Assembly: GCA_049840675.1 (NCBI GenBank)
Contig: JASGKB010000022.1
Coordinates: 78,320-142,319, forward strand
Reading direction: 5' to 3'
Source of the DNA: Pirellulales bacterium
Lineage (GTDB): Bacteria > Planctomycetota > Planctomycetia > Pirellulales > PNKZ01
DNA: 64,000 nucleotides
A program made the position numbers and the translations under genes. The notes below the pieces were generated by a model that searched no databases, was not told where the DNA came from, and saw only the letters and a program-made list of their open reading frames with translations. Positions 21,289 to 31,955 of this stretch are shown piece by piece; within the stretch, counting starts at the first letter, position 1, and the number at the start of each line of letters is the position of its first letter.

Positions 21289-22561
21289 ATGGCTTACCCG
21301 TCCGAAGAAGATGCGTCTCCCGCAACCGACGCCGAGCAGGTGCTCAGCGTCGAGCAATTGACGTTGCGCCTCAAAGGGTTGCTCGAAGAGTCGTTTCCCG
21401 CGGTCTGGGTCACCGGCGAAATCTCCAACTTTTCCCGACCGTCTTCGGGGCACTGCTACTTCACGCTCAAGGACGATGCGGCCCAGATTCGGGCCGTGAT
21501 GTGGCGCGGCACGGCGAGTCGACTGAAGTTTGATCTGCACGACGGTTTGGAAGTGGTCTGCTTCGGCGCGATCGACGTCTATGCGCAGCGCGGCAGCTAT
21601 CAATTGGTCGTGTCGAAGGTCGAGCCGAAAGGAATCGGCGCGCTGGAACTTGCGCTGCGGAAGCTGAAGGAGAAACTGGCGGCCGAGGGTTTGTTCGATC
21701 GTGCGCGGAAGCGGCCGTTGCCGAAGTTTCCGCGGCGGATCGCGTTTGTGACGAGCCCGACCGGTGCGGCAGTGCGCGACTTTTTGGAAGTGTTGCGCCG
21801 GCGCTGGCGCGGAGCCGACGTGCTGATCGTGCCGACGCGGGTGCAAGGAGACGGCGCGGCGCAAGAAATTGCCGCGGCGATCAAACGCGTGAATTCGTAC
21901 GACCTGGGCATTGATGTTTTGGTCGTCGGTCGCGGCGGCGGCAGCTTGGAAGACCTGTGGTGCTTCAACGAAGAGCCGGTGGTGCGGGCCGTCGCCGGTT
22001 CGCAGATTCCGACCATTTCCGCCGTCGGCCACGAAATCGATGTGACGCTTTGCGACTTGGCCGCCGACGTGCGCGGCGCTGACGCCGAGCGAAGCCGCGG
22101 AGTTGGTGTTGCCGTCGCAAGAAGCGCTCACGGCGTTTTTGAACGACCGCAAGCAACGGTTGCTCGCTGCGCTGCAAAGCAAAGCGGCCACGGCGCGGCA
22201 CCGGCTGGTGATGCTCGGCGAGCGGCGCGTCTTTCGGCAGCCGCACGAGTTGATCCATGCCCGAGCGCAGGCGCGTCGACGAACTTTGGCTCTGCGCCGG
22301 ACGGCGCTGAAGAGCAAGTTTGTGCTGGAGCGAAGTCGGTTGGAAACGTGGGCCGGCAAGCTTGAGTCGCTCAGTCCGCTCGGCGTGCTCGTGCGCGGTT
22401 ACAGCGTGACGCAGTGCGCGGCGGACGACGCCGTCGTGACGTCGGCCGCCGAGGTTCGGCCCGGCGACGTGCTGCGCACACGCCTGGCGCAGGGGGAAGT
22501 GTTGAGCACGGTGCGCGAATCCACAGCGGAAACGGATTCTCCCGGCGAGCAGCCCGCGTAA
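21289..22561 (+). CDS. xseA: exodeoxyribonuclease VII large subunit; frameshifted
   Basis: ATG 21289: ...LSVEQLTLRLKGLLEESFPAVWVTGEISNFSRPSSGHCYFTLKD..., RGGGSLEDLWCFN, SAVGHEIDVTLCDLAADVR. The frame of ORF 22103..22561 (ALTPSEAAELVLPSQE...) takes over at ~22071-22078, apparently after a 1-nt insertion. Confidence 0.9.
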
Positions 22562-22648
22562 GTCGGTCTCGGCGAACGGCTAGCGAACAACGCCCCTGAC
22601 GATCAGAATAGAGCGATTCCGCCGCTTCTATTCGCTCGAGTCGCCACG

Positions 22649-23972
22649 ATGCTGCTGCGCATCCTCTGCTTGCTTCTGTGTTGTTGCTTCGCCCAGGTGT
22701 CGCGCGCCGCCGAAGCGTCGCGCACGCTGTTCGCCTTTGACGATGCAGCGTCCGCCGAGCAGTGGGTTGCGCTGGGGGGCGTGCCGCTCGAAGTCGGCGC
22801 TCCGCCCGAAGCGGCGGCCGGCGGCGGGCCCGGCGGCTCCGCGTTTCACGTGGTTTCCGCAGGCGGCAACGGCGGGCTCTACGCCAAGCGCGATGCGGCG
22901 ACGGTCGATTGGACGACGGTGAAGAACGCGACGTTCTGGGCGTATCGTTCGCCCGAGGCCGCAAAGGTCGACGACGTGACGCAGATCGAAGTGCAGTTCG
23001 TCGAAGGAGACGGCAAGACGCGCTTTCGTGCCGGCTCGATCTCAATCATACCGGTTGGAAACAATACGAAGTGCCGCTGCGGTGGTGTCGCTGGTCGACC
23101 GGCCGCATTCCGCAGTGGCAAAACGTCGTACGGATCGGCTTCTGGTGTCGCGAGGCCGGCGATTTCTGGATCGACGACGTCGCGGTGGTCGAAGCCGGCC
23201 CGGCGCGGCGGAGTTGACCGTGGAAGAACTGCGCGACTTCGCCTTCCCTGCAGCCGCGGGCAAAGCGAAGCTCGCGCAAGGCAAGTCCGCCACCGTGATC
23301 ACCGACCACGCGGAACTCGACGCCGAGCAGTTGGCCGCGCATCTCGACAAGGCGGCCGAAGCGGTGGCGGGCGATTTCGCGTTTCTTGGCCAAACGCCGG
23401 CCGGTCGGCTTGTCGTCTTCAGCGATCGTCCGACGTATCAGCAGTTCACCGTTCGTACGGCCGAACAACTCAACTCGGCCGCCGCGCCGCCGACTTCGGG
23501 CGGGTTCACGTTTTGGGGAATCGCCACGTCGTTCTGGGATCCGCAGTACGGCACGTTGCGACCCGTCTATCTGCACGAGTTCGTGCATTCGTATCTCGAC
23601 GACGCGCTGCAACTCGACAACAGCGGCGAGTGGCTGCACGAAGGTTTGGCGAGTCACTACCAGTTGAAGTTTCACCCGCAGGAAAACTTCCCGCAGATCG
23701 TGCGCAACGGAATCTCGGACGCGGGCAACTACGTGCCGCTGGAGAATTTGCTTAACGGAGCGAAGATCGATCTCTCGGCGTATTGGCAAGCCGCGACCGT
23801 GGCGGACATGCTGCTGCACGACGAGGCTTACAAAGCCAAGCTGCCGCAACTGATTCTGCTGTTGCGCGAAGCCGGCAGCACCGATCTGCGGCCGCATCTG
23901 GAAAAGGCGTACGGCAAAACGTTCGACCAATTCACGGAAGACTGGCAAGCCTTCTGCCGCCGCAGTTACTAG
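22649..23972 (+). CDS. secreted HExxH protein (DUF1570-like putative metallopeptidase); two frameshifts
   Basis: Signal MLLRILCLLLCCCFAQVSRA. The frames change at ~23028-23036 (to ...LDLNHTGWKQYEVPL...) and at ~23196-23210 (to ...AAELTVEELRDF...). The C-terminal part has LHEFVHSY and EGLASHY. Confidence 0.6.
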
Positions 23973-23993
23973 CAACGTACCTATGCCGGAGTA

Positions 23994-24110
23994 GGGGATA
24001 GAGAGATGAAGAGGGGATATTGGGGATGCAGATCTGAGAATTGAAATCAGCGTGTCGAGCTATATGTCTACTTGTCTTTGAATTTATCTCCCTCATCTTC
24101 TCCTATCCCC
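23994..24110. repeat. imperfect inverted repeat flanking an AT-rich spacer
   Basis: Purine-rich arm ggggatagagagatgaagagggga (23994-24017) versus pyrimidine-rich arm tctccctcatcttctcctatcccc (24087-24110). Confidence 0.5.
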
Positions 24111-24137
24111 ATATCTCCTTCTCTGAAAGTTTGATCG

Positions 24138-25043
24138 ATGGCCCGGCAGACGATTTCTTATTTGATGAAGCGGCTCGGCGACGTCGGGATTCACCCGAAG
24201 TCGCAGCACGGGCAGAACTTTCTCATCGATTTCAACTTGTTGGAGATGATCGCCGCGACGGCCGATCTGCGGCCGACGGACGTCGTGCTCGAAGTCGGCA
24301 CCGGCACCGGATCGCTCACGGCTTTGGTCGCTCCGCAGGTGGCGGAAGTGGTCTCGGTCGAAGTCGATCCGCAGATGCATCAGTTGGCGAGCGAAGAACT
24401 GATCGACTTCGAGAACGTCTCGCTCCGTCTGCACGATGCGCTGGCCGGCAAGCACAAGATCGACCCGGACTTGCTGGAAGTGTTGGCCGCGAAGTTGGCC
24501 GTCGATCCGCAACGCAAGCTCAAGCTCGTTGCGAACCTGCCGTACCATATCGCGACGCCGCTGATTTCGAATTTGCTGATGGGCCCGCTCGTGCCGATGA
24601 GCATGACGGTGACCATTCAGAAAGAGCTGGGCGATCGCATTTGCGCGTCACCCGGCACGCGCGACTACAGTGCGCTCAGCGTCTGGGTGCAATGCCAAGC
24701 CGAAACGCGGGTCGTGCGGATCATGCAGCCGACCGTGTTTTGGCCGCGGCCGAAAGTGGAATCGGCCATCGTGCAGATCGACGTCGATTTCGAGAACTGC
24801 GCGGCCGTCGGCGACTTGCCGTACTTTCATCAGTTCGTCCGGACGATCTTTTTGCAGCGGCGGAAGTTTCTCCGCTCGGCGCTGGTCAATTCGTTCAAGC
24901 AGGAACTGACCAAGCCGGAGATCGACGCCGTGCTGGCGCGGCTCGGGTTTCACGAATCGTGCCGGGCCGAAGAGTTGCCCTGGCAAGAACTGCTGCGGCT
25001 CAGCGGAGCCATGCGGGAAGCGATTGCGAACGCGGCGAAGTAA
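24138..25043 (+). CDS. rsmA: 16S rRNA (adenine1518/1519-N6)-dimethyltransferase
   Basis: KSQHGQNFLIDFNLL, VLEVGTGTGSLT, ANLPYHIATPLI. Confidence 0.9.
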   Translation: MARQTISYLMKRLGDVGIHPKSQHGQNFLIDFNLLEMIAATADLRPTDVVLEVGTGTGSLTALVAPQVAEVVSVEVDPQMHQLASEELIDFENVSLRLHDALAGKHKIDPDLLEVLAAKLAVDPQRKLKLVANLPYHIATPLISNLLMGPLVPMSMTVTIQKELGDRICASPGTRDYSALSVWVQCQAETRVVRIMQPTVFWPRPKVESAIVQIDVDFENCAAVGDLPYFHQFVRTIFLQRRKFLRSALVNSFKQELTKPEIDAVLARLGFHESCRAEELPWQELLRLSGAMREAIANAAK

Positions 25044-25076
25044 TCGGGGCGCAGCGAAGCCGTTGCCGCAGGTCGA

Positions 25077-25901
25077 TTACGGCACGAACGGAAACAGCGG
25101 CGCTCGCTTGTCCGACGTCAGCGGCGCGGCGTATTCGCTGATCTCGTAGACTTCCACCCAGTCGATCTTCTTCGCGAGTTCCGGGCCGTAGGTCGACAGC
25201 ACCTCGTGGCGGTAGCGTTCCAGTTGCGGGCGCATCCGGTCGACGTATTTGTCGCGCAACCAATGCCGGCGGCCCGCTTCGCCGAGCGGCACTTCGTCGA
25301 GCTCGTTTTGGTTGTACGGGAGCCATTCGAACATTTGCGACTTGTGGCAGGCCAGCATTTCAACGATGCGGTCGAATTGCTTGGTGACGTCCACGACGAC
25401 GTCCGGCTGCAACGGATACGGCTTCGTAAACCGATCCGGCACGAACGCCACGACCGGATCTTTGCGCAAGGCCGGCGCGTCGGGCACGACGGCGGGAACC
25501 GTAACCATGTAAGAGGCGTCGCGGACGACGTCGCCGACGGCTCGATGGTCGGGATGGTAGTCGTTGTTGCGATGCGTCAGCACCAGATCGGGCTTGAAGG
25601 TGCGAATCTCACGGATCACGCGCTCGCGCACGTCCAACGTCGGCAGCAAGCGACCGTCGGGGAAGTCCCACACTTCGGAAACGGCGCCGATGACCTTCGC
25701 CGCGGCGGCGGCTTCCGCGCGGCGCGCGCCGACGAGCGCGGGCCCGGTCGTTTCGTGGTGTCCCGATTCGCCGTTGGTCAGCGTCACGATCTTCACTTCG
25801 TGTCCGAGCTCTCGGTACACGGTCATCAGTCCGCCGCAGTGGAATTCGGCATCGTCCGGGTGGGCGACCAAGACGAGCATGCGCAGAGGTGCGGTGGGCA
25901 T
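25077..25901 (-). CDS. PIG-L/LmbE-family deacetylase
   Basis: From ATG 25901: MPTAPLRMLVLVAHPDDAEFHCGG...TNGESGHH. Confidence 0.8.
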   Translation of the reverse strand: MPTAPLRMLVLVAHPDDAEFHCGGLMTVYRELGHEVKIVTLTNGESGHHETTGPALVGARRAEAAAAAKVIGAVSEVWDFPDGRLLPTLDVRERVIREIRTFKPDLVLTHRNNDYHPDHRAVGDVVRDASYMVTVPAVVPDAPALRKDPVVAFVPDRFTKPYPLQPDVVVDVTKQFDRIVEMLACHKSQMFEWLPYNQNELDEVPLGEAGRRHWLRDKYVDRMRPQLERYRHEVLSTYGPELAKKIDWVEVYEISEYAAPLTSDKRAPLFPFVP

Positions 25902-26077
25902 AGCGGCAGCCTGAAGTGCGAGAGACGTGACGTGCGACGAGACGCGAGCGAAGGGAGCGAACGAGCTTATTGTAATCGAAGTCCGCCGCCGTGCAGGCAC
26001 TGCCGGCCGCGGTCGGCGCGGATTATGATGAAATCGCGGTTTACAAGAATGCCTTCCGTTGCGGCGGAGTCGGTCGT

Positions 26078-26305
26078 ATGAAATTCATTGAGTTGGCCGG
26101 TAAGACGTTGTTGGAAATGAAGGGGATCGACGAGTTGAACGTCGAAGACCTGCGCAAGCTCGGCATGACCGAAGCAAGCGTGGTGCGCATCAATCGCCAA
26201 GGCGACATCGAAATCCGTCGCCACGATCGTTGGGACGTCATCGGCGGCTTGCTCGGCGACTACGAACACAAGATCCGCGAAGCGACGGGGATGGATTGGG
26301 CGTAA
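26078..26305 (+). CDS. hypothetical small protein (75 aa)
   Basis: ATG 26078 is preceded by ggcggag. The sequence MKFIELAGKTLLEMKGIDELNVEDLRKLGM... has no recognisable family. Confidence 0.45.
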   Translation: MKFIELAGKTLLEMKGIDELNVEDLRKLGMTEASVVRINRQGDIEIRRHDRWDVIGGLLGDYEHKIREATGMDWA

Positions 26306-26554
26306 ACGCCGATCTGTGATCGCGTCGTCATTTGTTCAGCTATTTTCCGCGCCGTGCCGTTCGGGAAGCGTGCCGCGGCGGCCGGCCGAAAATTGTGCGC
26401 GGCGCGAATGTGTCGGAATATCGGGCTTGCGGCGGCGGCGAACCGACGCAGAACGGCGAGTCGTATTGCGTCAGTCCGTCGGGCATCTAGAATGAATTCG
26501 TTGGTTTGAGCTTCAGCCAGTTCGCCCATTTACCTAGTCGCGGGGGGTGTTGCC

Positions 26555-26938
26555 TTGTTGACCGAGCAAGAAGTTTCCAAGAGTTGGAACCGTCTGTTTG
26601 TCGGAGGCGTGGAAGTCACGGCAGAGACGTTCACGAAGGCGGAAACTCTGTTGGAAGAGCTGCGGCCGGAGAGCCCGCTTTACCATCGCTTGCAAAACGA
26701 ATTGGAAGAGATTCGGGAGCTGCATGCTCCGAAGAAGACCAAGAAGAAGAAGGCGCAGAAGCTGAAAATCTACGCGCCGCGCGGCCTTGGCGGCCGCAAA
26801 CTTCGCCGAGCGTCGAGCAAGACATCGACGCCGCACAAAACACGGACGCTTAAAAAAGCAAAACGGGCGGAGCTTTCACAGCTCCGCCCGTTTTTGTTTT
26901 TCCGCGGCAGGCGATCGGCCGGACCGACTAGCGGTTGA
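26555..26938 (+). CDS. hypothetical protein with Lys-rich tail; 3' end uncertain
   Basis: TTG start. The plausible part is LTEQEVSKSWNRLFVGGVEVTAETFTKAETLLEELRPESPLYHRLQNELEEIRELH. The ORF then reads straight through the terminator hairpin and overlaps the convergent gene by 11 nt. Confidence 0.35.
   Translation: MLTEQEVSKSWNRLFVGGVEVTAETFTKAETLLEELRPESPLYHRLQNELEEIRELHAPKKTKKKKAQKLKIYAPRGLGGRKLRRASSKTSTPHKTRTLKKAKRAELSQLRPFLFFRGRRSAGPTSG
26851..26900. terminator. bidirectional rho-independent terminator
   Basis: Perfect 14-bp stem aaaacgggcggagc / gctccgcccgtttt (26860-26873 / 26881-26894) with loop tttcaca. A-run upstream and T-run downstream, between convergent genes. Confidence 0.8.
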
Positions 26939-28448
26939 CGATCACGCCGAAGTTCACGCCGTTCATGAACAGGCCGGACTTGTTTTCGTCGGCGTTGATG
27001 CCCATGCCCGGGAGCGTGTACTGCACCATCTGGCTGGAGCGAGCGATGTTGTCCATGTACATCGCCGTGTAACCGAGCTGCAGGTACACCGAGCGGAACA
27101 CTTGATACTTCAGGTTGAACCGCATTTCCATACCGGGCGAGAACTCCATCAGGTTCACTTGCGAGTTGAACGAGGCGGGGAGTTGCATGTTCACCACGTC
27201 GTCGCGTCGGGGAACCGTCACGCCGCCGATGACCACGGTGTCGTTGAGCGTGCCGAAGTTGCCCTTCTGTTGGACGTTTTGGAAGTTGGCTGCGGCGAAC
27301 AACCGGGTTTCAACGCTGACCTGCCACCGTTCGCGTTGCATGAACCAGCGACCGCCGAACTGACCGCCGAACAGGTTGTTCTGAGCGTTCGTGTACCATT
27401 GCGAGTCGCCGAGCGGGTTCTGATAGAAGGCCGGGTTCGTGTTGCGAGCGATGCCGGTGACGATGTAGGTGTCGTCCACGTTCAGGTAGCGGGGGCCGAG
27501 GAAGAGTTCCCAGACGCCGCCTTGCGGGCTGAATTGCAAGCGATAGGCTCGCATGGTTTCCACGCCCCACACTCCGGTACGATTCTCCGTGGTGAGCGAG
27601 GAGAAGATCGTCGGGAGGGTCACGGCGTCGTCCCAGTCGATCGGTACGTCCGGGAAGCCTTGGTTTTCGCGATCCGGGATACCGTCGAGCGGGTTGTTGA
27701 ACACGGCACCGGCTTGGGTACCGCGATCGCGGCCGTGACGACCGTACACGCCGTCGCCGTCGAGATCGTCGTCGTAGCCGTCGCCGAGGAACGATGAGTT
27801 ATTGAAGTTACCGGCCGTCGCGGTGCCGGGTCCGGTCACGTCGACGAAGCCGATCGGTTGGTTCGCGAAGTTGACGGAGACGTCGCTGAGCGTCGCATCT
27901 TGGGTTTGCGTGCCGAGCGTGAACGTGCTGACGAACCAGCCGCGATCGCCGTTGAGCCGGCCGAATTCGAAGCGGGAACCGCTCGTGAACTCGGAGCTGA
28001 AGGTGTTTTCGTTGCTGTTGTTTTGGATGTAGCCGTTGAGCAGGGTGGCGGCCGTACCCGGCGCCGCGGCCGTCACGGTTCCGGCGGGCAGAGCCACGCC
28101 GCCGTTGGAGACCTGAGTATGCGTCAGCGTACCGGTGCTCACCGTACGGCTCGACATGCCGAACACGGTTTGCGTCGGCACGGCTTTGTTGCCGATCGAC
28201 GAGTCGTTGGCGGCTCCGACCGTGAGGTTCAGGAATTCCACCGCGCCGAACCAACCTTCCGGCGGACGCACGCCGCGACCGTACGGGCTCAGGTCCGGCT
28301 GTTCGAAGAGTTGCAAGTCTTCGACGTAAGGCACGAACTCCGGCTCCGAAACGCTCGACGGCAATCCTTGAGCCGCGACCGTGGTGGCCGCCGAGAGCGT
28401 GAGTCCGAGGACTGCAGCAATCCGGCGGTGGAGGGATTTGATCGACAT
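26928..28448 (-). CDS. outer-membrane beta-barrel protein (BBP7-like)
   Basis: ATG 28448: MSIKSLHRRIAAVLGLTLSAATTVAAQG signal. Gly/Asn/Thr-rich alternating strands through to the C-terminal ...NGVNFGVIVNR. This resembles planctomycete BBP7 porin-like proteins. Confidence 0.6.
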   Translation of the reverse strand: MSIKSLHRRIAAVLGLTLSAATTVAAQGLPSSVSEPEFVPYVEDLQLFEQPDLSPYGRGVRPPEGWFGAVEFLNLTVGAANDSSIGNKAVPTQTVFGMSSRTVSTGTLTHTQVSNGGVALPAGTVTAAAPGTAATLLNGYIQNNSNENTFSSEFTSGSRFEFGRLNGDRGWFVSTFTLGTQTQDATLSDVSVNFANQPIGFVDVTGPGTATAGNFNNSSFLGDGYDDDLDGDGVYGRHGRDRGTQAGAVFNNPLDGIPDRENQGFPDVPIDWDDAVTLPTIFSSLTTENRTGVWGVETMRAYRLQFSPQGGVWELFLGPRYLNVDDTYIVTGIARNTNPAFYQNPLGDSQWYTNAQNNLFGGQFGGRWFMQRERWQVSVETRLFAAANFQNVQQKGNFGTLNDTVVIGGVTVPRRDDVVNMQLPASFNSQVNLMEFSPGMEMRFNLKYQVFRSVYLQLGYTAMYMDNIARSSQMVQYTLPGMGINADENKSGLFMNGVNFGVIVNR

Positions 28449-28697
28449 CTTAGGAGTCACCTGGGCTGGACGTGTCAGGTTTTTGGGGAAGGCACTCCAC
28501 TATGGAGCGCTCGGTCTGATGCCCGTGCCGTTTGTATCGGCCGTGTCGCTTGTGATGGTTTAGTAAGAACGGTAAAACTTTCCGGCGATACCGGTAGAAA
28601 CGGTCGTAAGGCTTGTAACGGGGTAAGATCGGTAAGCTCCGGAAGTGCCGGCAGCGTGCGTTTCTTGTCCGAAGCCGTTTCGCCGCGGGAGCTTGCA

Positions 28698-29663
28698 ATG
28701 CATCAGCCCCTGAGCCGTCGCCGTTTCCTCGCCGCCGCGGCCTCGACGACCGCCCTTTTCGCGCCGTTGGCGGTCCGTCGGCCGACTTGGGCCGCTCCGC
28801 AGAAGCCGGCGGCGGGCAAGTTGCCCTTTACGCTGGGCTTCAGCCTCTACGGCATGAAGACCCTGCCGATCGAAAAGGCGCTGCAAACGTGCGCGGAGAT
28901 CGGCTTTACGGACATCGAACCGGCTTTGCTCGCCGGGTACGACACGGAGCCGAAGCTCGTCACACCGGCGCGGCGCAAGGAGATTCGCAGCCTCGCCGAC
29001 GGCCTGGGCCTGCGGATCCCGTGTTTGATGGAGAACATCCGGCCGGTCGTCGACGCCAAGGTTCAGGCCGACAACTTTGAAAAGCTCGCCCGCGCGGCCG
29101 AGCTGGCCCATGCCTGGAAGCCGGCCGATCCGGCCCCGGCCATTATTGAAACGGTGCTCGGCGGCAAACCGGCCGAGTGGAAGACGTTCCGCGGGCCGCT
29201 CATCGAAGGGCTCGGCCAATGGGCCGACGCCGCGAAGAATCTCGACATCGTCATTGCCGTCAAGGCTCACATCGCCGGCGCGATGCACACGCCCGACGAT
29301 ACCTTAGGCGTGGTCCGCGAAGTGAACTCGCCGCACATCAAGGCGGCCTACGATTTCAGCCACTTCGAACGGCAAGGCTTCGAACTTGAAAAGTCGCTCC
29401 GCACGCTGGCGCCGGAAACCGTATTCATTCATGTGAAAGACGGCCGCGGCGTGCCCGGCAAGTTCGAGTTTCTGCTGCCCGGCGAAGGGGATATCGACTA
29501 CGTACGCTACTTCCGGTTGCTGAACGAATTGAGATATGCCGGCAGCGTAACCGTGGAAGTGAGCGGCCAGATTCACCAAAAGGCGGGTTACGATCCCACG
29601 GCGGCCGCGCGAAAATGCTTCCAGAGCTTGCATGCGGCGTATGAAGCCGCGGCGGCGAGTTAA
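28698..29663 (+). CDS. sugar phosphate isomerase/epimerase (xylose-isomerase-like TIM barrel), Tat signal
   Basis: ATG 28698: MHQPLSRRRFLAAAASTTALFAPLA. Later: IGFTDIEPAL, VFIHVKDG, GEGDIDY. The upstream part of ORF 27858..29663 is antisense to the barrel gene and spurious. Confidence 0.7.
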   Translation: MHQPLSRRRFLAAAASTTALFAPLAVRRPTWAAPQKPAAGKLPFTLGFSLYGMKTLPIEKALQTCAEIGFTDIEPALLAGYDTEPKLVTPARRKEIRSLADGLGLRIPCLMENIRPVVDAKVQADNFEKLARAAELAHAWKPADPAPAIIETVLGGKPAEWKTFRGPLIEGLGQWADAAKNLDIVIAVKAHIAGAMHTPDDTLGVVREVNSPHIKAAYDFSHFERQGFELEKSLRTLAPETVFIHVKDGRGVPGKFEFLLPGEGDIDYVRYFRLLNELRYAGSVTVEVSGQIHQKAGYDPTAAARKCFQSLHAAYEAAAAS

Positions 29664-29744
29664 GCCGTTTGTAGAATTCCGCGGCGGCAAGCTCCGCGAC
29701 CAAGCAGGATTGAGCAAGCAACTCCTTACGATAAGCGAACGACC

Positions 29745-30311
29745 ATGCCCAAAGTTTTGATTCCGATCGGTGACGCCACCGAAACGCTCGACACGTTCTA
29801 CCCCGTGTTCCGCCTGCAAGAAGACGGCTTCGAGGCGGTGATCGCCGGCCCCGAAGCTCGCTGGTATCACACGGTGCTGCACGAGATTCCGCCGGACGCC
29901 ACGATTCCGTGGGACATCACGCGCGAAAGCCCGTCGTATCACATCAAGGCGACCGTGGCCTTCCGCGACGTGAAGCCGGAAGAGTACGCCGGCTTGTTCA
30001 TCTCCGGCGGTCGGGCTCCGGAATACATTCGCTACGACGAAGACCTGATGCGGATCACGCGTCACTTCTTCGAAGCGAACAAGCCGGTGGCCAGCGTCTG
30101 CCACGGCATTGAAATTCTCACGGCCGCCGGCGTGCTGAAAGGCCGGCGCGTGACGACCGTGGCCAAGTGCCGGCTGGATGCCGAGCAAGGGCAGGGGAAG
30201 TACGAAAACAATGCCTGCGTCGTCGACGGCAACCTCGTGAGCGGCCGCACCTGGCACGACAACGCCCCGCTGTTCCGCACGTTCATGCAGATGTTGAACG
30301 CCGCGAAGTAA
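29745..30311 (+). CDS. DJ-1/PfpI-family protein
   Basis: MPKVLIPIGDATETLD..., nucleophile elbow PVASVCHGIEIL, and ...VVDGNLVSGRTWHD. Confidence 0.85.
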   Translation: MPKVLIPIGDATETLDTFYPVFRLQEDGFEAVIAGPEARWYHTVLHEIPPDATIPWDITRESPSYHIKATVAFRDVKPEEYAGLFISGGRAPEYIRYDEDLMRITRHFFEANKPVASVCHGIEILTAAGVLKGRRVTTVAKCRLDAEQGQGKYENNACVVDGNLVSGRTWHDNAPLFRTFMQMLNAAK

Positions 30312-30395
30312 GCCGAAGCCGGAAAAACTTTCCTCGCGCCGGCATTCCTGATACCGTGGACCTCCGAGCGGCCCGACGCCGCTGCGGAGGCCACG

Positions 30396-31385
30396 ATGAG
30401 GCGGATTCTTCTCACTTGCACGCTGCCGGCAGTTCTCGCGATGTTCGCGGCGGCGGCCGACGAGCCGCTAGGAAACGGTGCGCAGGTCGCGAGCCCGCCG
30501 GTTATTGCCGGCTGGATTCGCGAACTTGACGCCCCGACGTTCGTCCGGCGCGAAGCGGCGGGCCGGCGACTTTTGGATCTCGGTCGCGAAGCCGTCGAAC
30601 CGATCGCCGCGGCCGTCGAGCAGCCCTTGAGTTTAGAAGCCGTGCAGCACGCCATGCGCGTGCTCGAAGGCATCGCGGCCGGCGGCGACCCGGAGACGAC
30701 CGTCGTCGTAAAGCAGACGCTCGTCCGACTGGCTCGTTCTAAGAACGTGACGACCGCCGCCAAAGCCCGCGAGTCGCTGCGTAACCATCAACAGCGCATC
30801 CTCGCGCTGCTGGAACGATGTGGCGCCGCCGTCGAGCAGAACGAAGGCGTCGTGTACTCCGTCAGCTTCGACTCGGCCCGCGTCCTGGGCGAGAACCTCA
30901 AGCTCCTGCACGAGCTGCCCGACATCATCCACCTGTCGTGCGGCACGGCGCTGATGGACGACGCCGGTCTCGCGGCCATCGCCGGGTTGCCGAAGCTGCG
31001 CGAACTGAATCTCTTTCAAGCGAGTATCACGGACGCCGGCCTGAAGCACCTGCGTTCGTTTCCCGAGCTGCGTCGCGTGCCGATGGGCTTCACGAACGTC
31101 ACTGATCGCGGGCTTGCCGAGCTGAAAGACCTCACGCAGCTCGAATACATCGGCCTCCGCGGCGACCAAATCACCGACGCGGGCCTGCCGCAGCTCAAGA
31201 ACCTCGTGAACCTCACCGGCCTGCACTTGGGCGAAACCAAAGTCACGGACGCCGGCCTGCCGCACCTGTACGGCTTCAAGAAACTCCAGACTCTCTCAAT
31301 CTGGCAAACGAAAGCGACCGAAGCCGGCTTCGCAGAACTAAGAAAACAACTCCCCCAAGCCGAACTTCGCACGACGTCGCAATAA
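30396..31385 (+). CDS. secreted leucine-rich repeat protein
   Basis: Signal MRRILLTCTLPAVLAMFAAAA. The C-terminal half consists of ~24-aa repeats L..L..L.L..T.ITDAGL. Confidence 0.8.
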   Translation: MRRILLTCTLPAVLAMFAAAADEPLGNGAQVASPPVIAGWIRELDAPTFVRREAAGRRLLDLGREAVEPIAAAVEQPLSLEAVQHAMRVLEGIAAGGDPETTVVVKQTLVRLARSKNVTTAAKARESLRNHQQRILALLERCGAAVEQNEGVVYSVSFDSARVLGENLKLLHELPDIIHLSCGTALMDDAGLAAIAGLPKLRELNLFQASITDAGLKHLRSFPELRRVPMGFTNVTDRGLAELKDLTQLEYIGLRGDQITDAGLPQLKNLVNLTGLHLGETKVTDAGLPHLYGFKKLQTLSIWQTKATEAGFAELRKQLPQAELRTTSQ

Positions 31386-31955
31386 ATCTAGGTTGCCAAG
31401 GCTCCATCGACATTTGAGGACTCGACCCCGCCGAAGGTACACATCGTGAGAAGGCCGCTGCCGCCTCGTACTCTCTTGTAAACGGCTTCGCGATCAAACA
31501 CTTGGAGATTGCGAACTTTGAGACGGCATCTGCGAATCATTGAGACGGCGAACGAGGCCGGACCTCTACCGCTTTCTTCGCAGGCATCGACGACAAATAG
31601 TGGATTTCTACTACGGATTTGTGTTTCCACGAAAATGCTTGCGTCTGTAAATCCATCGCGATATCAAGACCATCCGTAGCGACATGTGCTGTTAAGTCTG
31701 CGTGTGTCGGTAATTACCTGATAGTGATTTCAGCGAAGCAGCGCCGCCGCTTTGATCGGCGGCTACGGTCGGGTGAGTTCTCATGCTGATTCTCGCAATC
31801 TGACTTAACAGAATTGCACGCACCGTGCGTTGCTCCGGGGGAGTCGCTCGGACGATTTGCACTCTCTTGCCGCGGCAAGACCGAACGGCGGTGCTTGCGC
31901 TTTGCCGTGAACCGCTTTCTACGAAAGTGACGTTTCGTCGACATAAGGATCTCCC

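Noticed and set aside
31388-31955. Short ORFs in the AT-rich gap (31388..31630, 31714..31944, 31692..32468)
   Set aside because: They have no RBS, no motif and mutually overlapping frames. 31692..32468 is antisense to the metzincin gene. They may be pseudogene debris, but I cannot support a call.
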